Assembly (NCBI GenBank): GCA_046563655.1
Contig: CM102285.1
Location: 10,044,001 to 10,108,000, forward strand
Direction of reading: 5' to 3'
DNA: 64,000 nucleotides
Source: Yuukianura sp. NJ FZ-2021
Lineage: Eukaryota
The translations under genes were made by a program, and so were the position numbers. This document shows positions 1-11,857 of the stretch, piece after piece. The notes under the pieces were generated by a model that did not search any database, was not told the DNA's origin, and saw only the letters and a list, made by a program, of their open reading frames with translations. How positions within the stretch are numbered: position 1 is the first letter of the stretch; every line of letters begins with the position of its first letter.

Positions 1-1448
1 ACGCAATTGTTTTGGGCTAGAGGTGGCTTTTAGAATTGAGAATCCAAAATCCCCAATATGCTTCTCCATTTTTTTCGTTTCTTCTGCTGCGAGTTCAAAT
101 GGAAATGGGGAAGGGACTTGGAGAAATTGAAGACGCTCGTTTGGGCCAAAGGAAAAGACGTGTTTTTTGTGTTCAGAATTTGTCTCTTGGAGACTTCTTG
201 GTTGGAGTGGAGATGATTGGATGTGTCAGGGTTGGTACGAAGGAGAAATAAACCTTCAAATTCCCAATGCCCCTTGACAGGGCCCTCCCAAACAGCTGGG
301 ATCTGTCTTGGCCCAATAGAAGTTCGAGAGACTTGGGAAATAAATTAAATAGAATAATTTAGGGTTAGCAGAACTAACGACAAAATTAAGGTCTTTCGGT
401 AGTTTCAGCGGGGAGAAGAAATTGGTCTAAGTACTTGGCAGCGAAACCTAAATCTATATAGATGGATTTGTAGAAACCGGGAAAAATAGGCTGGCCTATA
501 CCCTCTGTTTTTTCAATTCAGTCCGTGTGCTGCCAATAATTTGTGTCATGGATAGCAAAAGATTGCGAGAAAAACATTTCTAGGGAGGGAATTTTGCGAA
601 AGCAGGTGAAAGTTGAATCAGTTGGCGCGAAAAAATCCAGCTGAAATCAGCATAGAATCACTACGAGAATAAACCTTGTCACACGGAGATGACATTTGGG
701 ATGACAAAAGATGTGAGAAAAAGCCTTTCTTCCTGCCTGTCTTCTGCTCTGACTTTTGCCCGTGTTCTCTTGAATTTAACTTTTCTTCTAGAAAGTCAAG
801 AAAAGTTGTCCTCCTGTGTGACATGTTTGAAAAAGTGAGCAGTGTAGGTCATATCCCTTTTCTTTCTAGGAACAACTTTCGTCAAAGTTTGTTGATTTAT
901 ATGTCTCCCGTGTGAGTAGTTATCCCTGTGGTGAGAAAGTGCCCAATTTTAGGCATTAACTGCGAAAGAGAGTCTAACGTAACCCAGAGGAGGAGAAAGT
1001 CTATGCCTGAAAACGTAAAAGTAGTTTGTATTTTGGTGGATTGAAGCAACGAGGGACTAATTAATTTTCCAAAGTTGGTTAGAGTTGTAAAAGAAGAAGG
1101 GAGGTTGCGTGTGTGATGCCTGGAGGAATGGGAAAATGGGAGTGGTCGTCGGGAAGTTTCATTACTATTCTGACAAGGCATCTCTTACGCTAGTAACTCA
1201 AAAGTAAATGCGGGAAAGTTCTTTTTTTTAATAAAGAGAAAGTTTGTTTTTTTCCCGGTGGGCTCTTTGATTGGTAGAGTAAATTGGAGTGTAAAGGAAC
1301 AAACCCTAAACCTGAAAACTTTGAACTTTTCCGCTTTTACTTACACTTTGATTTGATTTTGGAAAATTTATAGACCCGTCTCAGTACAATTTATGAGAAC
1401 TCGAAAGCTATCATCCAAAACCAACTCAAGTCGTCCTTACAACTTCTA

Positions 1449-1521
1449 GTGAAGAAGTAAAAGAAGCTTTGTGAAGTTAGTAAGAAGTAAAAGTAGAAAA
1501 ATTAAAAGTAGTAAAAGTAAA
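1449..1521 (+). repeat. Degenerate AAGTA(A/G)-type low-complexity repeat
   Basis: Repeated aagtaaaagtag/aagaagtaaaag units; produces the spurious Leu-rich minus-strand ORF 1446-1739. Confidence 0.5.
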
Positions 1522-3662
1522 ATTCCTGAAATGTGGAACTTGGAAGACGTTAAAAAGTAACTGTTGGATTGGAATTGGTCTGAGGAGAAAGTGGAGAAAG
1601 CTATAATGTTTATTGGTATGGAAGAGATTCCTTTGGATTGAAGACTTTTTGTGTATCTAAATTGCCAAAGTTGTCCTCTGTGTTTGTACTTTCTTCGGAT
1701 AGAAAGAGTTTGTGTGGATTGGATCCGATTCGGATCCAAGTGTCTTGAGTCAATTAAAAGTGTAATGGATGCAGTGTCTTGGAGGAAAAGCAGAGGATGC
1801 CCTGTCTTTGGTCCTTATTGGTATTCTAGTGGCTGGGATGATAATGTTACTTGAAGCAGTTAAACATTTTCTGGAAGGTTGCTAAGCCAAGATCCAGAGA
1901 AGCCAGAGTGTGTCAGTTGATTTAGGAGTTGGTTGGAGGTAAAAGGCTTTAAAGACAAAAAGGAAATGAATGGTTGGACGTGGGCTGGTGTATAAATTGT
2001 AGTGCTTTAAACTTTTGAGATTAGGGAGAAAGCAGAGGCTTTCTTCCGCTGGGCCAAGGTTTACGTGCCAAGGGAAGGAGAAAGGCTTATAAAATGAAGA
2101 CGTAACGCGGGTTAAAGGTTTCTCCTACAGCTTTGTCTAGAGGTTCTTCTGTAACTAGAAGAGTTTCGTGTGTGTTTAGTCTTTCAAAGTGGACGTACTA
2201 GAGATGGATAGGCACTTAAGTGCGTAAACTGCGAAAGGAGCTTGACCTCAAGCAGATCATTTCCAATTCTATTTCGGCATGGTTGGATACATTTTTATTT
2301 GGGATTTTGAACATTAAGTTTTAGAAGATGCGGAAAATCATTGCTTGGCATCTCCAATTTTGTTGGATGAAAACATTAGGCCCAGCCGGTAAAGGAGTTT
2401 TTGAATCATAACTTACTTGATCTTCCTGTTTGTCGCCCCCGTCATCTTCACGGCCTGCCAAAGCCGAAATTCTCTTTGGAATGTTTGTGATGTTCCAAGT
2501 ATGTCTGTCTAGCAGATGTGTGTCTCGAGATTTATGGGAATGAAGGGAAGGAAGTGAGGTATCCAGTAGTACTAGAAAAAAAAATTCCAGTAGTAAGAGT
2601 TAGCAGAGTGACCTGGGGGAACCGGAGCCAAGAAAATTCGTGCTGCCAAGCATTGGGAGCTTCCGCACTGCTTGCTTTCCGCTGCACACGCACTCAAAAT
2701 TTCACTTTAGCACTTTCCTTGTGCTTAGTAAAGACTCAAGATGGGCAGGATGAAGATGTTCCCAGAAGAAAGTGTAGTAGGTTTCCGCAAATTGATGATG
2801 ATGGGATGATTGGGAAAATGAGGTTAATTCTGCCTCCTGAATTACTCTTTATCGATTGGCGGAGTGGCTGGAGTCGTTGTCTTTTGAACTAAAAAATTAG
2901 ATTATGATCCCGAAGATCTTGCTCCACCATCTTCTTAGCCTTGGAAGGCACATGGACTGAAACTAACCTTCTGATGCTATAACTCTCCCTAATTTTGATA
3001 TGGACTTTGATGCTGCTGGAGAAGCGCTTGGATGGAACTGGACTGACTGACTAGTATGATTACTCAACTGACGAAGTTGTAAGTTTTTAGAAGGAAAAAA
3101 AGGCAAAGGGAGTTTGTGGAACTAGGGACCCATTTACAGACATTTTGTGCTTATGGAACTAACATTTAATGCTCTCGTTGCATGCATAGGTTGGTTTTAG
3201 GCTTGGATCATCCAGAAAAAGTCCTCTGTCCATCTCTCCATCCATTTTTAGCCATGTATCGACTACACTTTTTAACTAACGTATTACAGAGAGACTAGTC
3301 AAGCCTCCTCGGTTTCTGCGGTAGTGGTTGGACTTTGGTGGTTGTAGTCTTCATCGTTAGATTAGGCTTCGTTTAGACTACTTGAAACTTTTTTGAAGCT
3401 CCAGAATGTCCATATAGCATCGCCGCCCTTAACTGCTCCAAACATTTATTTAGAACTTGTTCACGTCTCTTTTCAACTTGAAAAAAATAAAGAATAAGTT
3501 CATGTCCCTTGGAGAGGGAGTCGAGACTAAACTAAACAAAATCGAGTGAATGGTCATTGGATTCAGTACGGGTCTCAACGCCTTGCCTTGGTCCAAGTTC
3601 TTAGAATCCTTCAGGATCCAGGGTGAAGATGAAAAGTTAGGTTTTTGAACTTAGGCTGTGGA

Positions 3663-3682
3663 TTAGGTTAGGGTTAGGTTAG
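3663..3682 (+). repeat. Short TTAGG-type microsatellite
   Basis: ttagg ttagg g ttagg ttag. Confidence 0.5.
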
Positions 3683-6600
3683 TGCCATGAACGAAATGGG
3701 ATCAGATTCTGAGATCCCAGATGCCTTTTGCTTCAGATTTCCTGGAGGGGAGATGTTAACAATGTTTCCTACTTAGTTTACTCATTTCTTTTGTCTTTGA
3801 GAAGGCTTTTTGGGGCATTTTGAGACACATTTGGAGGCCCTTTGGTTCCAATTAGTGTCTCAAAGGGCGGGGGCCCTTGACTTTTTGACCCCAAAAACGA
3901 ACTGAAATGACACGGGAAAATACTTTTAGGAAATTGACTCGAATGGACTCTGAGGAATTGGAATGACAGGCAATTTCTCTTGAAAATTGAAATCATTGCC
4001 AAAAATTGTGTGTGAATTTGGCCTTGTCGAGTGTTGTTGAAGTTGGGAACATGAAACTTCTGTTTGTTTAACCTCGTGGAGACTGTTGGTGACCTACTAG
4101 AAAGAGTCTTCCGCATCAAAGTGATCATGTCGTCAAGTCTGTTTCAATTCTCATTGAAATCTTTTGACGCTGAAATTGAGTGAGATGATGTTATGCGATC
4201 TTTGTTAAGTTGCACAAACTAATATAAGTGTCTGGGTAGACGAAAATGGATTGATAGGGTGTAAGGAATTGGACGCGTCACTCCACTTGCCATGTCCATG
4301 ACGGTTAACCCTCAATTGCGAAAATTTAGATTAGCTAACCTCTTAGGTTTCCTACAAGATAAGCAAAAAGTACCGAGTTACTACCAAAGAAGGCCAAACA
4401 AAGTAAAGTAGGAACTTATGTTGTGGATTCTTATGTTGGGCTTACCCAATTCTCCCGCTTAAGTTACCCTAACCAAGGAAGCCACTTAAGCGAAACCAAG
4501 TGTTGGTCCTGGCAGTGGCTTGAGATCAGTTGGTTTATGGTCATTAATTTAATTTTTAAGGACGGGAGCTCTCTTCTTGCCTTCTTTTGGGCTCTGTGTG
4601 GTTTCGGTAGCAGCAAATCGTTAAGATTAAGGAGGATGGTAACGGCTTACGGCTCATCTTGTAAGCTGCTAATGCTTAGGCTGTATTTATGAATTATAAA
4701 AACGGCTCTTCTGGAGCATGCTTATCCACTGAGTCACGCTTTAATGGTGAAGTGTTAATTATTACAAGATGAAAGTTTTTTGGTAGATTCAAAATTAGTG
4801 CTGTAGTTTTTCTTAGAATTTGTACATGCGCTAGGGCAGGTTGGATTGAAGAGGATGAATCGAAGGAAATAATGAGCCGAATCGTTTGTTGTCTTCCGAT
4901 TCATTTGTGGCTGGACAATAGAAAACCTCTTTCCTTCTCGCTTCGAAGAACGGCAATTCTATTTCGGCAAAAGAAAATGTATTATTCCCACGAGACAGAT
5001 CTTATTTCAAAGTCATTAGATACGAGAGTCTTTAGTCCAATTCATCTAACATAACAACACTTTCTTTTCAAGGGGGAAAGTCTTGAACTTTTCCTACAAT
5101 CATAAAACACGGGTAGTAGAATAGGTAAGGTCGCTGGATTTTGATTTGTTGAATTTGTGTAAGATTGCACTTTTAAAACTATTTTCGAAATATTGAATCT
5201 GTTTTGGACTAAGAGTTTCAGTTTCAGAGATTAAAAATGGTTTGAATGGACTTTAGACTGGATTGGATTAGGATTTGGAATTGGAATTAGCACGAACCAA
5301 AAATTTGGCTAGTTTGAAAAAAAAAATTGAGTAAAAATGAATTGATCGCATGACTTTGGGAGAAAGCGTTTAAATCAGCGCGGCCAATGAAACGCCCATT
5401 TGAGATGAGGCTGGAACCAATCCATTTGTGTAGGTTGAGAGGTCAACGGCCCTACTCGAGATCCATACTCGTGACAGTGTCTTTTCTCGCTCACTTTCGT
5501 TTACTCAAGCACAAGCCCATTTCTTTCTTAGAGCTAATAAATCTTCGGACCAAATTTTTTTGAAAGAAGTTCCAACCAAGTCAAACTAATAAAGTTGTTC
5601 TATTCCCCCCATCTGGAGCTGAAGGTTTTATTCGCCGCGTGGCACAACGCCCCCCACTCTCTCTCTCCTCTTGGGTGACATGAATTGAGTCTCCGACAGG
5701 ATGAATTGTTTGGATTTCGGAAACTGAGTTGGATTTTTATCAAAATTATTGACACTTGAAAAGGATTTTGGAGCAGAGGCGCCGGAGAAACGTAAATGAC
5801 GATCCAGAAAGAAGAAAATGAGAAAACGAGGAGTTATGGAATGGAGCTTCCTAGGTTTCCTCGTGTAGAGGAACCTTAAGGACGCTTATGCATGGAATCG
5901 TTTTCCAATTTAGATGATGGGTTTCATTTTTCCATTGATCCCGTAGCTTCCGTAAAGAGCCCTTCTAGTGCTTTATAAGGCTCCTATTCTCGCCTGTGAA
6001 AAGAAGAGAAAGCTTAGGCTCTAATGACAATATTTTCCTTACGCTTCATGCCTCACCTATTTCATTTTTGGGGTTTTTGGAAAGGTTTTCTTTGTAAAGA
6101 TGAAATGAGTCGTTGCATTTATTTTGAAACTGCGGGAAGGATTTGCAAACTTTGAATAATTTTGACCACGCTCCCGCTTTACGTCGTTGGCTGGCAAGAG
6201 TCCTATTGGTGGGTCTTAGGGCAGAGTGTAGACGCACGTAATTTCCGGAAGTGAATCGATAGCAGGATCACGTTTGCCTCATCTCATGAAAAATGATGTC
6301 AAAGTACAGCTTCGCTTTTATCCGTTTCGAAATTTTGAGCCGAGAATAGAAACAATCTATTTATAAAATAAACTGGGTTTGGAACTCGTGGTAATTCGAT
6401 TGGAGATGTACTGGTAACCATATTTCGATATTCGTTTACTCTCCTCAATATTAGTATGGAGAAAGTAATGCTTCAACTTAATATTAAATGTAAGCACAAC
6501 GAATTTTAAATCGCGAAAACGGACGAGATCAAGAGATCAAAAATTGTTTGCAAATTTTTTGAGCATTGCTCTCAAATTAGTGCAATATGGTGCTAGCTGA

Positions 6601-9600
6601 GGATCCACGTGGTGGAGGCGGGGAAGCAGTCAACCAAAATAGTGCGTAGTGCTTATGAAACTGAAATTCTATTGATTGTGCTCGTAGTTTCAAAATTTTC
6701 ATTGCATTTCATCCTTCCACTTTTCTTTTTGCTTTCTCTACCAATGGAAAGGTGTGCGAAACATTTGGCAAGAGGCTGAATGATGCGCCCGTGTTTCTCT
6801 TACGTGGAACGCAGTTCCACCAAGTTCCACTTCCAATCGAATAATAAAGTGCCTTGCAACAGGATTATCCGCAGCAGAAAAGTCTTATAATACTTGCCAG
6901 TGGTTACGTTTTTAGGAACTGAACAGTAACATTGGGACTTAGTATGTATGGAATCACCAATACGATGGTAGTAAGGTTTTGAAACTTGGCGCAATGCAAC
7001 CTACGTCTATAACTTTCTTCCGTTTTATGGCTTTGTCGTCTTGTGTGAGTGAGAATAAGGTGGAAATGCTGTTTTCAAGTTCCCTTTGGTGGCGACTCCA
7101 AAGGGGTTCTTGGAGCCTTTCCGCTACGTTCCTAACCTAACCAAGAAATGAAATGGTGGTGAAGCGGAGATGAAAAAGGGAAAGTATAATATTAAAGATG
7201 CTGCTGGAATAGGATGGTTGGATGGTTGCTTGGAAGTGTGAGGTTCGGAGGTAGAAAAAGTGTTGTGGGAAATAGTGAAAGGTAGAAAAATTGCTTTTTG
7301 TGACACAGCTCCAATCCGAGAGCTCCGACGTCGTCGTTGTGTCTTGGACTATTTCCTCGGGAGTTCCTGTTATGACAAGATTATGTCTATCGTCAGCAGA
7401 CACTTACTCCCTGGGAAGAACCTTTGTAAATTATTTCCGTTTCCTTGTTGAATTTGGAAGTGGGGGTTGTTTGGCGGGTGACTCAGATTTTGGAAACTGT
7501 TTTCACTTTTCCGTGTTTTTACTCAGTTTCAGTGCAGAGTTGCAAGGTAGCACCAGTAATGGCGAAAATGGTTTTTGGAAATCCAATTTGTAAAATTAAC
7601 CACCAATTAAGAATGGGCGAGAGATTGTTGGTTACAGAGATGATCACAATTTTCGATTAACTTTTCTCTGGAGAAGTTGGAAGGAATTGCCAAGCCAAAT
7701 TTCTGCGGTGGAACCTCCCCTACTACTTTGTCTACTAAGTTATAATGCCTAAGTTCCAGCTTAGTTGCAGCCTCGTGTTCGATTTTTGCATTAGTTGTTG
7801 AGCCATTCCCTGGGCTGCTATCCAAGGCTCGTTTGCCATTTCCCGTGTTTTGAGAGAAAACAAAGAGTTAAAGGGCCTGCCGAGTTGGGAATGGCCTCTA
7901 AGTGTCTACTCATGTTTTGAATTATGGCTCCACTTTAAATGTAAATATCATTGTCAATACGGATCCCAATTCCCAGAGGAGTCACAGAACATACCAGAAG
8001 ACACAGACTTTCCTATCCTAACTTTCCAAATTATGTTTCACTTTCCCATTTACACGAAGAACAAAGGAATGCGTAACTCTGTTAGTAACTGGCTTGGGTT
8101 GACAAGTAAGTTCTTGATAAGCTCGTTTCCTTTAACATTTTAGTAGTCAAGAGGCCAAAGAAGAAAGGGAGCGCTTCAGTTACTGACGTTGGTTAGGTTA
8201 ACGTTGGATTTTGGTGGGAAAATTGAAATGAGTTCTGGTGGAACCAAATTAAAATCGAGCTTCCGTTTAATGTTGGGAAATTAACATTTTGATCTGGTGG
8301 GTTAAAATTGTGTGTAAAGAATTGGAGCAGAAGAGGAATTAAGTTGGCCATTAAGGAATAAAAATCAGGATTAAATTACCACTTTTACGCGAGGAAGGGA
8401 CGTTAGAAAGTGTTGGAAATCTATTCTTGGCGTGGCAAAAATCTTGTGATTCTGCTGAGGCTGCTGAAAATGTCTTCTATTTTGGGAGAAAAAGGAATCA
8501 GTGAAAAGTTGAGTAGGATTGGTGCTTTGCTAAAATATTCATGTCCATGTGCATTTGTATGGAAATGGAAAAGGAAGGCGGAGACTAATAACTATGTAAA
8601 GTCGTGGAAACTTTCTTCATTTTTGAAAAAAAAAGTGAAAAAAAGAAAGTGTTGAAGGTGAAAAGAAAGTAAATGAGGAACTTTGTGTGTTGGGGTGATG
8701 ATGATGAAATTTTGACTGCTCACTTTTCCTTTTCGCCGAATAAATTGGCGGAGGAGGAAGAATATATTAATGAAGAGGCTGAAAGGCGGGAATTGGACGC
8801 TAGAGAAAGTCAGGAGGCACTAAATTTGAAAGATGCTGCTGGGCTACGGAACCAGGGAGTTGCCGACTTTCATGATGAGAATATCTTTTTTATGCTAATA
8901 TTTTTAAAGGAGAAAAGTAGCTAAGTTCCTGTTCCTTTTGAAATAGAAAATTCTTGAGAGTTTTCTTTTTTGGCACAGGCTTTCCCTTTTATAAAAAAAA
9001 AATAGGTCGTTTCGTCGCGGACTTGGAATTTGGAATTCTAAAAAATTTAAGTTTTTTAAGCTTTGGTACGACGCGGTGAAACTTTGTTGTTTGCAAATTT
9101 AACGTCCTAACATAATAGTATTTTGGTAACTTGCTGAGAAGAGAAAGCTGGTGGTGGAAAGTAGGAAAGATGCGTTGGGATTTTAATTTGGATGTGGTTG
9201 AAGTGGGTCTGGAGTTAATTGGGAGCCTGAAATTCATGATGATGCTGAACATCAATCTAAGATCCCACCCCCACTGCGTACTGCCATTACTCCGCCGTTT
9301 TGTAATTATAGGCGAGTCTAGACCTTTGCCCATTACTCACTCTGTCCAAAACGAATCCAAGTGGGAGCAAACCCACCACCAGGACTGGATCAAATCCCTG
9401 GAGGGCCCACCTCCACTCAACAAGAACTACATACACCTGTTCCCCATCCCCAGCCATTCCCAATGTCAAAGTTACGACCAAGGCTCTAATTACGTCCTCC
9501 CGGGGTTACATCTTCTCAGATTTACCAATCTTTAAATTTTGGTGATAAATTGGCAGTTTTTTACGTACTACAGTGAGACAGATGAAGTAGGCAGCGCTTT

Positions 9601-10459
9601 CACCGGAAGTTTCAAATCGTGATTTCACAAATCTATGTCAAACTTTTTTATTTAGTATTCTTGCCGAAAAAAGTTTTTGTTGTAGATACTTCCCATGCCT
9701 CGAGTTCTGGATTTTAGGTTTGGTAACAAGAAAAAAATAATCTGAAAAGTAAAAAGAGAAAGCATGATTTCTTTAATAATTCCCAAAAGCTATCTGGAAA
9801 GCACATTCCTGTTGAATTGGTTCTGCAATGTAGGAAAAATTATGCTTGTGCTTGTGTTTTTGGCTGGTTAGTTACTAAATAGTACTTAAAGTTGGTATAA
9901 GTTGGCCAATGGCCAGATTTTTGTTAATCTAACGCATGAAACTGAATTGTAGTTCGCAATGGTATGCGAAGGGTTTAGAAAAGTTTATGAAGAAGATTGT
10001 TGTAAGGATTTTGGAAGACTAGAAACTGGAAAACGGGAATGATATGCCTGATTGCATTGAGAAAGTGTCTGGGAGGGTCATTTCTGAGTGGCGAATGTCC
10101 TTTTGTCCTTGCAGTTACTTGGTTGTGAGCCTAATGGGCAATCCTTCTATTGTTCTTTCTCTGAAATGGAATGTGTTTAGTTTAAGTGTTGAAGACTGGG
10201 GTTATTATTCTAAATGGTTAGTAGGATCCTTGAGCATTTCCTTTTGTACGAAGAGTAAGAGGCAGTGAAAGAGCACAGTTCCCTGGAAATGTTGAAGGGA
10301 AGACAGAGCTTTTTAGTTCAATTTTGGTAACGTGTAGAATTGCACCTCGGAGTCACATTTGTCAGTCGCTTAAGTTTATTTTCGTAGTGATGGTCTCGGA
10401 TGGGATGGAAGTTAGAGGAACTTCCAACAGAGGAAGATGGGGGAGAAAATAAGCTAGGC

Positions 10460-10862
10460 CTATTCTTTTCTCCAGTACTGCTTTTTTCGGTGAGGTTTGT
10501 CCGTGGAATGAAGATGAGCTGGATGTTGGAACTGAAAAGGCGGATGCTGGAGATTGTCGGTTGCAGCAGCCAGCGTCTGCTGTGACTGCTGTTTCTGGTT
10601 CTGAACTAGTTTTTTTGTAGTTGGCCCTGGCAGAGGACCCAGAGGATTCATAAATGAGAAGTCAAAGTAAACTGAGAGGAGATCTTTGTACTAAGTATTT
10701 CAACAGCTTCCTTCTTTCTGCTTTCTTTTCTGGGAGCCTTCGTTAACATAACTATGAGGCCAAAGCCCTCATCTTACTCGTTTCGGATGAAGACGGAGGA
10801 GGCGGGTCGAATGTCGTCTGGTGCTGGAGGAAGTTAGACTCCGAATCGGGGGAATTGGACAT
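10460..10862 (-). CDS. Speculative two-exon antisense small ORF (98 aa) nested in the mib1 intron
   Basis: caagccATG at 10862; exon 10862-10778 ends at GTAAG; 106-bp intron; tctcctctcAG acceptor; exon 10671-10460 joins in frame (MSNSPDSES...SETIYFDFSFMNPLGPL...YWRKE*). No homology recognised. Confidence 0.25.
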
Positions 10863-11051
10863 GGCTTGAATTATAGTGGAGAGGCTTTTTCGCAGTAGTA
10901 CTTTGGTAGTTGCTGACGACGATTCCTAAGTTTTTTTTAGGGGGAGTAGGCAGTTGGATCCAGCCTACGGGCCATACAACGAAAGAATAGTATTGCGTCT
11001 ATCTATGGAAGAAAAACGCTGCGCGGTTAGGTGCTCTATTTCCGTAGGTGC

Positions 11052-11165
11052 CACGTGCCAGTTGTTGAAGCCGGTTTTAGGACTGGAGTACATTATAAAA
11101 ATTTATTTTTAGCACTGAACTCATCTTCTCCTTTAAAAAAAAAAAGAAGTCACACTTCACACATG
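11052..11165. promoter_or_regulatory. Candidate muscle-type cis-regulatory cluster (MEF2 site plus 3 E-boxes)
   Basis: CACGTG 11052-11057, CAGTTG 11059-11064, TTATTTTTAG (= CTAAAAATAA on minus; MEF2 consensus YTAWWWWTAR) 11103-11112, CACATG 11160-11165. Confidence 0.3.
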
Positions 11166-11857
11166 GTTTTTCTTGAACAAAATTGGTCATGTAACAGGAA
11201 TGCTTTTGAAGGAACATGGAATGCAATTTGTGTTATTTCAAAATGCATTTTAGAATTCTGCGGCCATAAAAATGAGCTGGTTGTTTTGTAGAATGAACCA
11301 AGCAAATTATTATGGAATTGAGTGGTTACAGGATGAAAGTTTTGGAAATGTATCAACGGAAAAACTTTCTATCAATCCTGACTTTCACTTTTGCCTTTGT
11401 CGGAATAAAGGGATTTAATAGAGAGGTTTAATGAAGTGTGGAATGAGATGAGGGATGCGGTCTAAAAGGCGTAATTGCTGTATAGAATTGCTTTCACGAG
11501 TTCCACTAGATGCACTGCATAGTAACTTTATATGAAAGAAAATTGTTTTCCATTGTTTAGATTTTATTGTATACTTTAAAAGTACAATGGAATCTTTGAA
11601 ATTGAAGAAGCCGAGAGGATTATTTAGAGTTCTAGCTTTCTTTTGGAATTGCCAAAGAAAAGAAAAACCGATTGCTATGCTATGGAGAAAGTTATAAAAT
11701 GGTCCTTTTTCTTCTTTCTTCTCTCTATTTACTATAGTATGCACAATAACAAAATCTCATTTTCGACGAAAATATTCAATTTGAGTTCCAATCTGATTTG
11801 AAAAAGGAATGAAGCATAATAAAGTAATATTTTTCTCCTTTGTGTATTTTTTTGCAG

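Larger units (their letters stand above)
1..11857 (+). other. mib1: Large intron of mib1 (5' end outside window)
   Basis: Ends in a pyrimidine tract plus CAG (ttttttgcag, AG at 11856-11857), phase 2 within the Ser of GNPS|AMR. I found no upstream mib1 exon (HHAALRGNP) in 1-11857. Confidence 0.8.

Noticed and set aside
1446..1739. Leu-rich minus-strand ORF (97 aa)
   Set aside because: By-product of the AAGTAA low-complexity repeat; no recognisable domain.
3663..3682. Interstitial telomere (TTAGG)n
   Set aside because: Only about four imperfect units; too short to infer a telomeric origin.
8673..8924. Acidic 83-aa ORF
   Set aside because: Explained by purine-rich intron composition; no splice support or homology recognised.
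9194..9209. Partial resemblance to antisense miR-133 (gtggttgaagtgggtc)
   Set aside because: Several mismatches including the seed region, and no hairpin evident.
10134..10150. MGNPS as the missing upstream mib1 exon end
   Set aside because: Not preceded by HHAALR and no GT donor after the split Ser codon.
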